Virus record (IMG/VR): IMGVR_UViG_3300023184_000027
Span: 62,001 to 126,000 of that record
Direction: 5' to 3' (one strand)
Length of the DNA stretch: 64,000 nucleotides
Shown: positions 33,630-45,805 of the stretch, one piece after another
Position numbering within the stretch: position 1 is the first letter of the stretch
Layout of the letters: the number at the start of each line of letters is the position of its first letter
The notes under the pieces: model-generated
Databases searched by the model: none
What the model saw: the letters and a program-made list of their open reading frames with translations, nothing else
Told to the model about the DNA's origin: nothing
Program-made: the position numbers and the translations under genes

Positions 33630-36047
33630 ATGGGGTTCATATTAAAAAACACATCAGGGTTAATTAGCACTAGATTAACAGACAAAGCAAGACAAAACCT
33701 ATCTCAAGGTAGTTTTAACATATCTTATTTTCAAATAGGAGATAGTGAAGTAACCTACAACGCAATTGATTCATTAAATTTATCTAATCTTAATATATTA
33801 GAGCCAAATTTTAATTCTCAAAATTCAAGCGGTTCTGCTCAAGAAAATAAACAAAACATTAAATATCCGTACTATGTAGACGGAACTGAAGGTAATACAT
33901 ACGGAATTCCTTATATGGCATCCGACGTTAGCCCTATCTACAATAAAGCCGCAATGAGAGGTTTTTTTACTGGTGAAACTACAAATGAAACCATAAGTAA
34001 TTGGAGTGCATTGACCGATAATCAACATGTTATTAACTCAAATTATGTTATTGACATGTTTTTATTAAAAGGTACTACCAGAACAACCATAAAATATTCC
34101 GGTTGTAACTCAAATATAATTAGACTACCTTCTATTGGGGATTTTATTACAATTTATTACGATGGAAATGGATATAATAATTGTTCTTGCGATTTAGGAA
34201 CCCCTACCACACCTACACCTACACCAACACCAACTGTAACACCAACTTATGACGAATGTGTAGTATATCCAACACCAACCCCATCATCTACCTGTTGTTT
34301 AACACCCACACCAAGTTGTGGGCCAGAACCAATAACGGAATGTGTTATGTCAATTTCTAGCGGATACACAATATTAACATATAAAATTATAGACATTTGT
34401 AATCTTGTATTAACCGTTGATAGACCTTTACCTAATTTCACTAACTTAACTGAAAGTTGTTATTACGCCAGAACATTAATATACCCACCAAATATAACAT
34501 CATTATACGATAGTGTAACACCTTCACAACATTGGAGTGAGGATATTATCAATTTTGAATCTATTTGTACCACAGATGAATTTGATGTTAAAATTTGGAA
34601 CATGAATATTCCTTGGTCTGAAAATCCTGCTGGGTTAGACTCTGCATTATACAAAGATTATACTCAATTTGGGTCAACATCTTATTTAGGAACAAAAGAA
34701 TATTTAGGTTATATGTCTAATAGTGGGCAAACCAGTAACAACACGGTTAATTATGTAAATTCCCTTGGAGATATTATCACTGTACCCCCTAAAGACCAAA
34801 AAGCTATTTCAATTATTCATTATACTAATCAAAGTATAGATTTGTTTTATGGTGAAAAATTTGCATTAGAACCATACGACAACACAACACCTGAAGACAC
34901 AACAGGTGAAGCTAGAAACTTTAAATTACATATACCAACATTAATGTGGCATAAATCACCAACTTGTGGTAATGGACAAACTTTTTGGGTTGACCCACCT
35001 GGTTTTGATAATTTAACAATATCGGGAAGCCCATTATTTAAAGTTCAATATATTAAATCAACTAAAAATCCTGATATGAATCAGCCAGGTATTAGATATT
35101 ATAATTTATGGGACTCAAACGCCAATGAATATAATAGTGGATACCCTAATAGAGTTGGTAAAGTATTTCCTGACCAAAAAATTATTATTATTGATGATGA
35201 GGAAATTATTGCTGCACTATCATATAAATCAAATAGAAACTGGACATTGCCGTCACCAAGAATATCATTAATCACACCTAACAGTTGTGAAATAAATAAT
35301 GGTTCAATATCTGTAGATGGTGTTCTATCTGGTTCATCCGAATATATGTATGTCACATATCGATTAAGTAATAGCGAATTATTTACAAATTCATTACATT
35401 GTAATTACTATTCAAAAATACAAGGAGCTAATATTACAACAACCAATCTTGGTACTAATAATGTTGGTGTTAGATTTGGTAATGAATTTCCATGTTTAAA
35501 TCAAATATCTGAATCACCAATCCTTAACACTGGATTTGTTGCCGACACATTTGAAATAATATGTCAGAAAGTAACAGGAGATGTTAGACCTGAACCTTTA
35601 GAATGGAGAGTGATTGATTTCACATCAATGGTTAGCGCAACAACAATTAATGGATATATAACCGTAGAAGGTTTAACAGGTACAACATTTGTTATCACAT
35701 CAGATGACTACGATAACGCGGAGTTTGACATATACAATTTAGATTATCTTTCATTACCACCGACAGAATATACCGGAACTTCATTAAATTTTGGTGACGA
35801 ATATTATTTTTACGGAGCATTAGAAACCGATATTGAGGCAACAATTTATGAAATGAAATATAAGATAAATTTAGGTCAAGCCGAGTTCCAAGCAAGTTCT
35901 AACCCTACATGGTCAAGCACCGTAAAACCATATATTTCAGAAATAGGTCTTTACGATACTGAAGATAACCTTATGATTATATCAAAGCTACAATCACCTG
36001 TTTTAAGACAAGGATTACAACAGTTTTTAATTAAATTTGATTTTTAA
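33630..36047 (+). CDS. Tail/baseplate-associated structural protein (tail-collar-fibre-like ends, large internal insertions)
   Basis: N-terminal RLTDKARQNLSQGSFNISYFQIGDSE and C-terminal ISEIGLYDTEDNLMIISKL match the terminal motifs of tail-collar-fibre-type proteins; internal Cys/PT module. Confidence 0.6.
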   Translation: MGFILKNTSGLISTRLTDKARQNLSQGSFNISYFQIGDSEVTYNAIDSLNLSNLNILEPNFNSQNSSGSAQENKQNIKYPYYVDGTEGNTYGIPYMASDVSPIYNKAAMRGFFTGETTNETISNWSALTDNQHVINSNYVIDMFLLKGTTRTTIKYSGCNSNIIRLPSIGDFITIYYDGNGYNNCSCDLGTPTTPTPTPTPTVTPTYDECVVYPTPTPSSTCCLTPTPSCGPEPITECVMSISSGYTILTYKIIDICNLVLTVDRPLPNFTNLTESCYYARTLIYPPNITSLYDSVTPSQHWSEDIINFESICTTDEFDVKIWNMNIPWSENPAGLDSALYKDYTQFGSTSYLGTKEYLGYMSNSGQTSNNTVNYVNSLGDIITVPPKDQKAISIIHYTNQSIDLFYGEKFALEPYDNTTPEDTTGEARNFKLHIPTLMWHKSPTCGNGQTFWVDPPGFDNLTISGSPLFKVQYIKSTKNPDMNQPGIRYYNLWDSNANEYNSGYPNRVGKVFPDQKIIIIDDEEIIAALSYKSNRNWTLPSPRISLITPNSCEINNGSISVDGVLSGSSEYMYVTYRLSNSELFTNSLHCNYYSKIQGANITTTNLGTNNVGVRFGNEFPCLNQISESPILNTGFVADTFEIICQKVTGDVRPEPLEWRVIDFTSMVSATTINGYITVEGLTGTTFVITSDDYDNAEFDIYNLDYLSLPPTEYTGTSLNFGDEYYFYGALETDIEATIYEMKYKINLGQAEFQASSNPTWSSTVKPYISEIGLYDTEDNLMIISKLQSPVLRQGLQQFLIKFDF

Positions 36048-36053
36048 TTAAAT

Positions 36054-36653
36054 ATGAAAAAAACACTTAAAGAAAGTCCTAAAGTTTTAGGTCTTGATGT
36101 ATCGACTCGGACAATTGGATGGGCATTATTTGATATACAAAGTAGAGAACTATTAGAACTAACACATATATCTCCAGTTCCTAAACCAAAAGAAGAAAAT
36201 AAAATTAAAGAATTATTACTTAAAAGTGAAATTTTTAAATCAAAACTTATTCAATATAAAGATTTAGGTATAACTAAAGTTATTATTGAGGAACCATTAT
36301 TAAATTCTAATAATGTGTACACAATTCAAACTCTATTAAGATTTAACACTTTAATCACTAAAGAAATTTATGATGTATTAGGAATTGTTCCCGAATACAT
36401 TTCAACTTACAACTCTCGTAAATTCGCATTTCCCGAACTTGTCAAACAAAACGATAAAAATAAATTTGTTTTATTTGGTGGTCTACCTAAAGATTGTGAC
36501 AAAAAACAAATTATTTGGGATTTGGTCGCAAAAAGAGAGCCTCAAATACAATGGTTATACACCAGAAACAACACACTTAAAAAAGAGAATTTTGACCAAA
36601 CCGACGCTTACGCTTGTGTTTTAGGTCATATGAATCAAGAAAATATTTGGTAA
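36054..36653 (+). CDS. RuvC-like Holliday junction resolvase
   Basis: VLGLDVSTRTIGWA, IIEEP, DQTDA acidic triad. Confidence 0.85.
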   Translation: MKKTLKESPKVLGLDVSTRTIGWALFDIQSRELLELTHISPVPKPKEENKIKELLLKSEIFKSKLIQYKDLGITKVIIEEPLLNSNNVYTIQTLLRFNTLITKEIYDVLGIVPEYISTYNSRKFAFPELVKQNDKNKFVLFGGLPKDCDKKQIIWDLVAKREPQIQWLYTRNNTLKKENFDQTDAYACVLGHMNQENIW

Positions 36654-36658
36654 AAATT

Positions 36659-36684
36659 AACCCACCTTTATGGTGGGTTTTTTA
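36659..36684 (+). terminator. Intrinsic terminator between convergent genes
   Basis: AACCCACC-TTTAT-GGTGGGTT followed by a T-run. Confidence 0.75.
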
Positions 36685-36691
36685 TTCATTG

Positions 36692-39600
36692 TTAATTATA
36701 ACATTCGACGTAAGTATCGGAACTTACATTTACCTCAAAATATAAATCAATGTCAGTATTAGGTACTAAACCATAATAAAAAGAAGCATCTGGTAAAGTA
36801 CCACAATAACTGTATCCAACAACTGTTGGTTCAGTATATGGGTATCCAGTTAAAGCCTCACCAAAAGACGTATTAACATAACTATTAGGTGGGAATGATA
36901 CTCGATGTTTTATACCTATGTAAAGTGGGGTACCAGGTTCTATTGTGAGCAGAACCGATTCAAAACTAATGCTAAGTGCACTACTCAACCATTCCACCCA
37001 ATTTATATTATCATTACTAACATAAAGTTTAATGCTATTATTTGACGGATAATTATATCCAGTTGGGCTAGGAGGATAAGAAGGATTACGTCTTCTAACA
37101 TTTATCATAACATTCTCGAATACTGCAACATAATTATTACAGTCGTCACATGTTTCAAATGTCTGATTTAATACTGGTGTAAAATAATTTCCGGAATTAT
37201 TTATCACATCAAATAATGGATTTAATACTGGATAACCATTAGATATGTACATAAATTCCCAACAAGTGTCATCATCTGTTTTTCTTAAAATCTCACCAAC
37301 AACAGTTGTAAATCCTGGCAATACTTGAACCACATATTGATTATTATTAGAACAATTTCTATAAACATAATATTTTTGTGGTGGTGACGGAGTAACCGTT
37401 GGCGTTTGAGTCATTGTAGGAGTTTGAGTCATTGTTGGTGTTTGAGTCATTGTCGGAGTTTGAGTCATTGTAGATGTTTGAGTCGGTGTTTGAGTGTTTG
37501 TTGGTGTTGGCGTTGGTGATGAAGGTATGGTACCTTCTGTTGGAGTTACCGTTGGCGTTTGAGTCATTGTTGGAGTTACCGTTGGCGTTTGTGTCATTGT
37601 TGGCGTTATTGTAGATGTTGGCGTTATTGTTGGTGTTGGTGTAGGTGTTTGAGATGGAACAGGACCGCAATATTGACACGAAATACCATAATTAATAAGT
37701 AAACTAACAACAACATGATTTGGAACTAAAGATTCCTCGTCACATTTAGTAATTATTTGAATTTGATTATTTATTGGGTCAATAAGAGTTTGACCAACTT
37801 GGTCAAAACTATCTACTAACGTCTTTAACTCATCATAAAATTGATTATCATATGGATAATCATTTAATGAATAACTAATATAAAAATCGTTAAATTTTTC
37901 CTCATCACCAATTTTAACAATTAACCTAAAATAACCCGCTTCTAAAATACAATTAGTAAATCCAGACACTTGAGTATAATACCCATCATAATACATTTCA
38001 TATATTCCGTTTTTACCTAATTCACCGATATCTTCAAAATTACTATCACAAATAGTATAAGACTCGTAAGATGATAATTTATCATACCCATAAATTCTTA
38101 TTGAGTTTTGTTTAACACAATTATCTGAATCAGTCACAGTTAAAGTATATGTGCCCGCACTTAAATTAGTTATGGTATAACCGGTTTGTCCATTAACATT
38201 AGAACTCCATTGTAAATCAAATGTAGGTGTACCACCAGTTATTACCACATTAATTGTCCCATCAGAACCATTTGTCGCATCAGTACCAACTAATAAAAAC
38301 CCAACATTCTCGGATGAGTCAATTATAAAAGGTTGGATTTGTTGACACGGAGTTGAACTATAATCTGTTATTTGAGCAACATATACATTTGAAACTAAAT
38401 CAGTAAAGGTTACGGAACTTAACGATGTTCCTATTATTGATTGAGACCCTATGTCAATTGTGTATGGCGGTATTCCCCCCACTATTTCCACATTAACAAT
38501 ACCATTAGGTGTATTACAAGTAGTTCCTGTGGTTAAAATATTTATAGTATATAACGATTCATTAATAACCTCATATGTGTTGGTATAAACACACACACCA
38601 TTTGAAATGGTTAAAGTATATACACCAGAATGTAACCCGTTAAACGACCAACTTAAACTTGAGGTAACATTTGTTGTTGAATTATTATTTGAATCCGTCA
38701 ATGTATAGGTAATGTTACCATTAGTACCATTAAGGATTATAGATATAACCCCATCTGAATGGCCACACTTTGAATTGGCAATATTCACTGACACCACATT
38801 AAACCCTGTGGGTGTTTGTAATGTTGTTGAACTGACAAAACTACATAAAGCGGCGTCTTGGACGTAAACTGAAACAACACCACCCGGGATATTAATAAAT
38901 GTGTATTGGGAATCAAACGAAACTGTTGATTCTCCGGTTGAGGCTGAATAATAATATGGTGATGTACCCCCCGTTATAAAAACCGTTAATTCACCATCGT
39001 TCGCAAAACAACCAGGACTAATGGATGTAAAACCCCCTAACCCTATTTGAGGTACTCGAATAACCTCAACACTTTTAGGTATTACACACCCTGTATTATC
39101 TGTTACGGTAACGCTGTAAGACCCATTAGTTAACCCTGTAATCGACGATAATGTACCACCATTAGACCATAGATAAGTATATGGGGGATTCCCTGTTAAT
39201 CCTGTTACAAATATCTTACCTGAATTAACATTACAACCAGCATCATTAACAACATAAAACCCATAATCTAAAGTAGTTGATGATTTAATTATACAAGTTT
39301 CTGATTTACCCGTACACCCACCACCATCGTCAGCAACAACATAATAAGTTCCGGCAGATAGAGAATTAAAAGAAAAATTAGAATTTAATGTAGACCCTGA
39401 TGATAAATATCCACTAGTATTTTCATATAAATAGTAATTTGCAACACCATATTGATTCTGTGTTTGAGCGGTTATCGCACCATTATTAAAGTCACAAGTA
39501 GTGTTTCGTTGGTTTATTATACTAACACAAGTACCACTTGATATGTAAATATTTACCGGAACTGTTGTAATTCCGGGACTATTACACGAATCAAGAAGAT

Positions 39601-39802
39601 TAAATGAATATGTACCCGCCGATAAACTATCAATGGTATACCCTGTTATACCCGCGCCTAATGGAATTGTTCCGTAAGCGGGTGATAACCATTCTATTGT
39701 ATAATCAGGGGCACTCCCCTGAATATCAATTGAGAAAGACCCTAATGAGAGATTAGAACAATCTCCTGTTATACTCGATATATATGATAAACTACAAGCC
39801 AT
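36692..39802 (-). CDS. Large Cys-rich adhesin/fibre with SprB-like repeats and a Pro/Thr linker
   Basis: Repeated G-x-I-x-V-x-I-T-GG-T-x-PY-x-Y-x-W...L-x-x-G-x-Y-x-V-x-V-T-D-x-x-G-C units, then a (TMTQTP)n tract. Confidence 0.8.
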   Translation of the reverse strand: MACSLSYISSITGDCSNLSLGSFSIDIQGSAPDYTIEWLSPAYGTIPLGAGITGYTIDSLSAGTYSFNLLDSCNSPGITTVPVNIYISSGTCVSIINQRNTTCDFNNGAITAQTQNQYGVANYYLYENTSGYLSSGSTLNSNFSFNSLSAGTYYVVADDGGGCTGKSETCIIKSSTTLDYGFYVVNDAGCNVNSGKIFVTGLTGNPPYTYLWSNGGTLSSITGLTNGSYSVTVTDNTGCVIPKSVEVIRVPQIGLGGFTSISPGCFANDGELTVFITGGTSPYYYSASTGESTVSFDSQYTFINIPGGVVSVYVQDAALCSFVSSTTLQTPTGFNVVSVNIANSKCGHSDGVISIILNGTNGNITYTLTDSNNNSTTNVTSSLSWSFNGLHSGVYTLTISNGVCVYTNTYEVINESLYTINILTTGTTCNTPNGIVNVEIVGGIPPYTIDIGSQSIIGTSLSSVTFTDLVSNVYVAQITDYSSTPCQQIQPFIIDSSENVGFLLVGTDATNGSDGTINVVITGGTPTFDLQWSSNVNGQTGYTITNLSAGTYTLTVTDSDNCVKQNSIRIYGYDKLSSYESYTICDSNFEDIGELGKNGIYEMYYDGYYTQVSGFTNCILEAGYFRLIVKIGDEEKFNDFYISYSLNDYPYDNQFYDELKTLVDSFDQVGQTLIDPINNQIQIITKCDEESLVPNHVVVSLLINYGISCQYCGPVPSQTPTPTPTITPTSTITPTMTQTPTVTPTMTQTPTVTPTEGTIPSSPTPTPTNTQTPTQTSTMTQTPTMTQTPTMTQTPTMTQTPTVTPSPPQKYYVYRNCSNNNQYVVQVLPGFTTVVGEILRKTDDDTCWEFMYISNGYPVLNPLFDVINNSGNYFTPVLNQTFETCDDCNNYVAVFENVMINVRRRNPSYPPSPTGYNYPSNNSIKLYVSNDNINWVEWLSSALSISFESVLLTIEPGTPLYIGIKHRVSFPPNSYVNTSFGEALTGYPYTEPTVVGYSYCGTLPDASFYYGLVPNTDIDLYFEVNVSSDTYVECYN

Positions 39803-42800
39803 TAATTACATAAAATTTCAAAATTTATTCCAACATTTAATTCAAAATTAATGCCGGTTGAGTTCTCGGAACATATTGAATGGTAAACCACCACATTCTC
39901 ATTACCTGATAAATAATAGTCATAACCATAATTTATTAAACTATCTAAACTAATTTGTAAAGCAACATCCCATTGTGATTGACTAGGAGCACTTAAACTT
40001 GTGGTATACCCTGACCCCTCAAAAAATGAATTTTTTATAATATCTTCACCATTAAGTTTCATTTCAACATACCAAACACTTTTTAAATTATTATACAAAC
40101 AATTATTTAATGTATAACCCATTTCAGTTAGATATGTATTTAACACACTACCCAAAACATCATTAAATGAAGATACAATAGGATTCTCAACCCACGGATA
40201 TCTACCACAAGACACCGATTGAATCGGACAATCATATGTAAAAATATTTGATGTTAGAGAACAAGGTCTACAAAGAACAGGAACAAATTTACACCCTTCT
40301 TGTCTTCTCCACACAAACTTTTGTCTATGGAAAATTGAATTCTCATATCTAACACCCGTATTCCATATTGTGGTTGCTGGTATCATCTGTTCAATTAATC
40401 TAACCCAATAATCACCAAGACCATTAACATATTGAATCATTGTCTGATAATTAAAATTATCGTTCTCTAATCCGGCAAGTTTTTCAGATTCTAAATATTT
40501 CCAATAAATGGATTCTAATGTTGGGTAACCCATTGTTTTACCATCACTAATATATTGTCTGTTTCTAACATTAATTGTATTTAACCAAAAAGTTTGAGCA
40601 AACTCAAAAAATGTTTTATTCTTTGGTTGTGGATTAATAACCGTATTATCAACCCCACCCCTATCAGGATAATTTGATACAGGATTTGGATTACAATAAG
40701 TTGGTGCAACATAATTTAAACCCTCATTTGGTATAGGGAAATTATAATGTCTTGACATAGTCCAAACATCATACGATAATCCTTGACCGGGATTTAAGAA
40801 TAAATCAGTATTTTTAGCATTTAAAACTAATTTATCATTTTCAGTATAATACCTTGCGTTGTAATTACCATCTAAATTTTCTCGTAACCCAATTTCATTA
40901 TCAACCCAACTTTTATTATTATCAATTGTTTGTCTAATGTTAAACCCTAACGGCATAAACGGAAATTTAACATATCTATCCAAATATTCACCACCATAGG
41001 TATATGGACTTAATGTTGTTTGATAATCAGGATTTGAACCAGTGAAAACGCTATTTGTAAGATTAACTTGTTCCGGAGCTCTATGTTGAGGTGTTGATTC
41101 AAACCAACCACTACCTTTTTCATAATAATAATCTTCAGTATTTGGAGGTGTTGATGGGTAACCTTCATTATCCACAGGATATTCACTCAACGAAATATTA
41201 ACATCTTTTAATATTGCGGTAGAAGTAAACCCGGTATATTCCACATTTTGGAATCTATATGTGTTACCAGCTTCTATTGTTGGGACATTTTTAACATATG
41301 TTCCTCCCGATATCGCAGCATAATTAGAATTAAAATCAGACATATTAATTCTTTGGTCAGCCAAATACACATACTCATTAAAATCTACTAATGCATCCGG
41401 AGCCCCAATTAATCTTAATAATATCTCAACAGATTTTCTAGTTCCTTTAGACTTAAACAAATAAGCGGAATTAAGAATTAAATTCCTATAATATTGGTAA
41501 TTTAATTCATCCGGCGTTTGTTGGTCACTAGTTCCAGCAAATTGAGACACATTTTTGTTTTTTTCACCAAAAACGGATGTTAAAAATTCATCATTCGTTA
41601 TTGGAGAGATATTAGTATTCCACCCCAAAGTTTGTGCTAAATTTTTTAATAATTGAGATGGGATATCATTACCTACATTATAATTAACCGAATTCATATA
41701 AGCCAAAGCATCTATGAATTTTTTTGTTTCATCAAAACTTCTACCATATATTTGTAAAACGGATTCCATCTTTTGACCTACAGTATCAAAGTCTTTAAAC
41801 GCACCTGTCGTTAAAAATCTTGATATTAAATTTGTTTTATATAAATCAAATGATTCACTCAAACCATTTAACGTTGTTAAATAGTTGGTGAAGGCTGGAG
41901 TTATAATATCAAGATTCCAACTACCATATAAAGGCCAAGTAACATTTTGATTTAAAACATAATAAGTTCCATCATCAGCATCTGCCGGTACCTGAAATGT
42001 TGCTGTATATTTTGGTACCACATCCCTATTTAATAAAAATCTTTGAACCTCATCTAAATTTTCATTAAATACCTTATTAACCTCTAAATCATTAGGTCTA
42101 ATTACCAAATCATCATAGGTATTAGATTGCCCCGAAAATGGATTTCCTTTAACATATATTTTCAATGTTCCCGAAGATAATGATGTTGTTGGAATTATTG
42201 CCGTCACATCAAACCCATTATTCTTATAATATAACGAATACTTCGCATACTGCATTGTCATATCTCTCAACACAGACACCTGAACTTCTCTTAATTGTAA
42301 ATTTCTTGTGGAATTAACCGTAAAATCAACATCAAAAGGATTTCTAATTCTAGAAACATTTAGTTCAAAACTAGTTTCATCATCAGAACCAAGATAAACA
42401 ATATTTGATGCCGTCTCACCAGTCACATAATTCTCATCCATTAAAGTTACCTCTAACGCCGCAGGAAATTTACTAATAATTGTCTCAACAGAAGTAGATA
42501 TTCTCTTAACCATTGACCCATATTGAGTAAAATTAGTAACTTGGGTAAGGTCAAAATTCGGATATACCTTAAAATTATTCTCAAATATAATTTTAGATTG
42601 AGCAACACTACTAACCCCCAAACCATCCAAATTAATTGGTTCTGAAAAATTACCAGTGTTAAAAGTCCTGTTATTTTTTTCAGTAATTGATGTTGTAAAT
42701 TCAAAATTCCCCTGCGTTAAACCTCCTCCTTGGACTAATTGGAAACCAACTAAATCATCGGAAAATGTACCAGCACCTGTTGCCGATTGCGGGGGACAAG

Positions 42801-42819
42801 TATATTTTATTAACGCCAT
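39802..42819 (-). CDS. Baseplate/tail protein with a Tail_P2_I-like central domain
   Basis: [10 protein letters not shown]...[29 protein letters not shown] is characteristic of P2 gpI/gp7-type wedge proteins. Confidence 0.7.
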   Translation of the reverse strand: MALIKYTCPPQSATGAGTFSDDLVGFQLVQGGGLTQGNFEFTTSITEKNNRTFNTGNFSEPINLDGLGVSSVAQSKIIFENNFKVYPNFDLTQVTNFTQYGSMVKRISTSVETIISKFPAALEVTLMDENYVTGETASNIVYLGSDDETSFELNVSRIRNPFDVDFTVNSTRNLQLREVQVSVLRDMTMQYAKYSLYYKNNGFDVTAIIPTTSLSSGTLKIYVKGNPFSGQSNTYDDLVIRPNDLEVNKVFNENLDEVQRFLLNRDVVPKYTATFQVPADADDGTYYVLNQNVTWPLYGSWNLDIITPAFTNYLTTLNGLSESFDLYKTNLISRFLTTGAFKDFDTVGQKMESVLQIYGRSFDETKKFIDALAYMNSVNYNVGNDIPSQLLKNLAQTLGWNTNISPITNDEFLTSVFGEKNKNVSQFAGTSDQQTPDELNYQYYRNLILNSAYLFKSKGTRKSVEILLRLIGAPDALVDFNEYVYLADQRINMSDFNSNYAAISGGTYVKNVPTIEAGNTYRFQNVEYTGFTSTAILKDVNISLSEYPVDNEGYPSTPPNTEDYYYEKGSGWFESTPQHRAPEQVNLTNSVFTGSNPDYQTTLSPYTYGGEYLDRYVKFPFMPLGFNIRQTIDNNKSWVDNEIGLRENLDGNYNARYYTENDKLVLNAKNTDLFLNPGQGLSYDVWTMSRHYNFPIPNEGLNYVAPTYCNPNPVSNYPDRGGVDNTVINPQPKNKTFFEFAQTFWLNTINVRNRQYISDGKTMGYPTLESIYWKYLESEKLAGLENDNFNYQTMIQYVNGLGDYWVRLIEQMIPATTIWNTGVRYENSIFHRQKFVWRRQEGCKFVPVLCRPCSLTSNIFTYDCPIQSVSCGRYPWVENPIVSSFNDVLGSVLNTYLTEMGYTLNNCLYNNLKSVWYVEMKLNGEDIIKNSFFEGSGYTTSLSAPSQSQWDVALQISLDSLINYGYDYYLSGNENVVVYHSICSENSTGINFELNVGINFEILCN

Positions 42820-43727
42820 TATTCAGTTATATTTGTAAAGTTTTTACTATAATCAATATTGCTACCTCTATCTTGTCTAACTTCATATAACAAGTTATTA
42901 AATTGGTCTCTAATTTCGTATAAGTTATATTGTTTGTATATGTTATTAGCTGTATCATATAGAGTATAAATTCCATCATCCATTGATTTAGTTTGATTGC
43001 CAAACAACGCAATTGCAAGAGTTGAGAAATCATGTTCAGCTATTTCAACATCTAATGTTATTGGATTAAAGAAAGTATTACTAATAATAATATTTTGATT
43101 TGGCTGACCAATATATGGGGTAGCATTTGGTTTATTAGTAGGTGCTGATGATGGGGACATAGTACAAAATATTAAATTAGTACTATTATCCGTATATCTA
43201 TATCTTATTGCTTTTTGAGATGTATTAACCAAATTTTGAACAACCGGTTCACAAAAGAAAGAAGATGTGATTAATCTGAAAAAATTAGGTATTTTTGTGT
43301 TATCAGAATTTAAATACTCAACCCTAAAACCAACTAATCCTTGATTAACAAATTTGTTTTTAAATTGTGCTGGAACACTATTCAAATCAATTATAATACC
43401 TTTAACATTAGGTAATGCCGACAACACCCCACAATCCAATATAGTGGTTCTAATTTGAGCCGGTCTAATAAATAAGGTATAGATACCTATTTTGTTAAAT
43501 TGGTCAGCAGGGAGTCTTAAATTGTATAATCCACCCAATATTTCAACATCCGCAACACCACCAGTGGTTTGAGAATTAAAATAGGGTCTTAAAATTGATG
43601 TCGCATCTAATGTTGTTAAAACAAAATTATCTGTTTCATCCCTTGATGGGGTAAAATTTAATATTATCTCAACATCCGCTGGAGATACATCTGCGGGTCT
43701 TATTGTTCCGTAAGTAGAAGTTGCCAA
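42819..43727 (-). CDS. Putative structural protein (TTG start)
   Basis: 302-aa ORF in the structural operon, coupled to the next gene via TAATG. Confidence 0.7.
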   Translation of the reverse strand: MATSTYGTIRPADVSPADVEIILNFTPSRDETDNFVLTTLDATSILRPYFNSQTTGGVADVEILGGLYNLRLPADQFNKIGIYTLFIRPAQIRTTILDCGVLSALPNVKGIIIDLNSVPAQFKNKFVNQGLVGFRVEYLNSDNTKIPNFFRLITSSFFCEPVVQNLVNTSQKAIRYRYTDNSTNLIFCTMSPSSAPTNKPNATPYIGQPNQNIIISNTFFNPITLDVEIAEHDFSTLAIALFGNQTKSMDDGIYTLYDTANNIYKQYNLYEIRDQFNNLLYEVRQDRGSNIDYSKNFTNITE

Positions 43728-43731
43728 ATTT

Positions 43732-44667
43732 TTAAGTTATTAATTCATTTATTGTTATAGAACATTTAGTTCTTTTTTTTATATTTTCTTCCCAAGTAAT
43801 AAATTCAAGATTTTTTATATTACCAATGATTTCCGATGGTAAATTATTATTAAAACCTTCCAAAATTGAGTATTTATGGTCTAAATGATACGCTCCGTCA
43901 ATACCTGAATTACCTCGTTTGTTATAATTAATCAAATCACTTATTGGTTGTTGTCTAGTTATTTTCATAACATCATTTTTATATTTCGTAAAATCGTCAA
44001 CAATTTTCAAATACTCACTATAATTAATATCTCGATATCTTTTAATCAAACCGACAGAAACCCCCTCACTAACATTTCTACGATACATTGTTAATCCCAA
44101 ATATTTATCTATAAAAGATTTTGTTAACCCTAATTGATTTGCAATATCTTCACTATTTTTATATTCATTTAAATATAAATTCTTAATTATTTCTTTTTGT
44201 TCTTCAGATAAATTAATTTTAACTCCATTACTACGACCTTCCTTTAATATCCCTTTATCTTTCAACATTTTTTTAATAGGCGTTTTACTCACATTATATA
44301 TTTCACAGATTTTTTGTAATGACACCCCTTCTTTATATTTTTCAATAACATTATCAACATCACTATTATTAAAATGTTTTTTAATATCACCACGGTTTTC
44401 AACCCAAACATTTTTTTCTTTTAAAATATTTTTTACATTATCTCGGTTTATTTTAACTAACATAGCTATTTTACTAAAACTAACACCTTTAACATACAAT
44501 TCAACTACATTATTAACAATCTCTTCACCATATTTTTTTTTCTGATGTGTTAATGAACATTTATTACACACCCATTTTTCACGGATAGAACACTCTAATC
44601 TACTTTTAGTTGTGTAAGATTGAATACCTCCGCAATTAGGACAATTTTTATTATAATTTCTAGCCAT
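43732..44667 (-). CDS. Free-standing HNH homing-endonuclease-like protein with Zn finger and HTH repeats
   Basis: CPNC...CNKC, three HTH-like repeats, C-terminal YHLDHKYS...GNIKNLEFITWEENIKK. Confidence 0.7.
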   Translation of the reverse strand: MARNYNKNCPNCGGIQSYTTKSRLECSIREKWVCNKCSLTHQKKKYGEEIVNNVVELYVKGVSFSKIAMLVKINRDNVKNILKEKNVWVENRGDIKKHFNNSDVDNVIEKYKEGVSLQKICEIYNVSKTPIKKMLKDKGILKEGRSNGVKINLSEEQKEIIKNLYLNEYKNSEDIANQLGLTKSFIDKYLGLTMYRRNVSEGVSVGLIKRYRDINYSEYLKIVDDFTKYKNDVMKITRQQPISDLINYNKRGNSGIDGAYHLDHKYSILEGFNNNLPSEIIGNIKNLEFITWEENIKKRTKCSITINELIT

Positions 44668-44684
44668 ATTAATAAATATCGTTT

Positions 44685-45803
44685 TTATATTTTTATTATA
44701 TCAAAAAAACCATATCCGTATTTTTCAAGGTCACCTATATTATCAATTTCACCCATTCTTTCAAGTCTTTCCAAACCTGACTGCTTACCCCTATCAATGA
44801 AGACGTTAGATTGCACTTCTGCTTCATCAATCACATTTAATAATACTTCATTTTTTGTAATTATCGAGCAATCCGTCTCAATTGGTGCAACATTACTAAC
44901 CACAAATATTGTTGTACCATCTTCATAGTCATAATAATCAATATTATTAATACTATATCCAATGTTTAAACCATCTCTTGATATTCCTGAATATATTCCA
45001 ACAACACCCGATGTACCAGTGACTTGAAGTCCTATTATATAACCCCCATCAACTAAATCTGATTTTTTACCATAAAGTTGTAAATCTTTAACAGATGATT
45101 TTGTATATCCACTAATGATTAGAGGAGACGATGAAAACGGGTCTGTTTCACCCGGATAAACATCACAAGTTTCATCCCCATTAAAAATATAATCATACAT
45201 TAAAGGAGTTCCTGACCAATCACCCCCTGCGGGAATAAAATGTGCTGTCCCTTTTGGGTTTGTGATTACACTATTAGTAAAGGGTACTGTCACGGTTTTA
45301 ACCACCACATTAGAACCCCAAGGACTCATCCCTGACATAGTTATTGTATATTCACCACTACCCGCATAAGGATGGGAATAAAAATTGGGAGAATTTTGTG
45401 TAATAGTTTGTGGTGGTGTATTATCCCCCCAATCTATCTTATAACTAGAAAACTCCAAATATTTTTTAAATTCAGTGTCTGATGTATTATAAAAATTGTA
45501 AATATTTGGTGATGATGTGTTTGCCGAAAATAAAAAATTGGTCATAGTTTCTTTTTGTAAAACCATACCATCAAATACTGAATAATACCCTATATCTACA
45601 GTATTTTCTGTAAATAAAATGGGGATTGTTAAACCTGTTAATAAGGAATCATATTGAGTTGTCCCTGAATTATATGTACCACCAGATAAAATCTGCGTCA
45701 TAGACGAATACACATAAACATCGGTGTTTTGATACTTAACCTTAAAAATATCACCCTTAATAACTTCCGGAGAAATTTTAATATAACGATTTGTTTCTTC
45801 CAT
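44685..45803 (-). CDS. Structural protein with a PKD-like domain
   Basis: IDWGDNT...HPYAGSGEYTITMSG. Confidence 0.65.
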   Translation of the reverse strand: MEETNRYIKISPEVIKGDIFKVKYQNTDVYVYSSMTQILSGGTYNSGTTQYDSLLTGLTIPILFTENTVDIGYYSVFDGMVLQKETMTNFLFSANTSSPNIYNFYNTSDTEFKKYLEFSSYKIDWGDNTPPQTITQNSPNFYSHPYAGSGEYTITMSGMSPWGSNVVVKTVTVPFTNSVITNPKGTAHFIPAGGDWSGTPLMYDYIFNGDETCDVYPGETDPFSSSPLIISGYTKSSVKDLQLYGKKSDLVDGGYIIGLQVTGTSGVVGIYSGISRDGLNIGYSINNIDYYDYEDGTTIFVVSNVAPIETDCSIITKNEVLLNVIDEAEVQSNVFIDRGKQSGLERLERMGEIDNIGDLEKYGYGFFDIIKI

Positions 45804-45805
45804 AA

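Noticed and set aside
31750-36690. Invertible (shufflon-like) segment
   Set aside because: No inverted repeats at the boundaries and no site-specific recombinase in the window.
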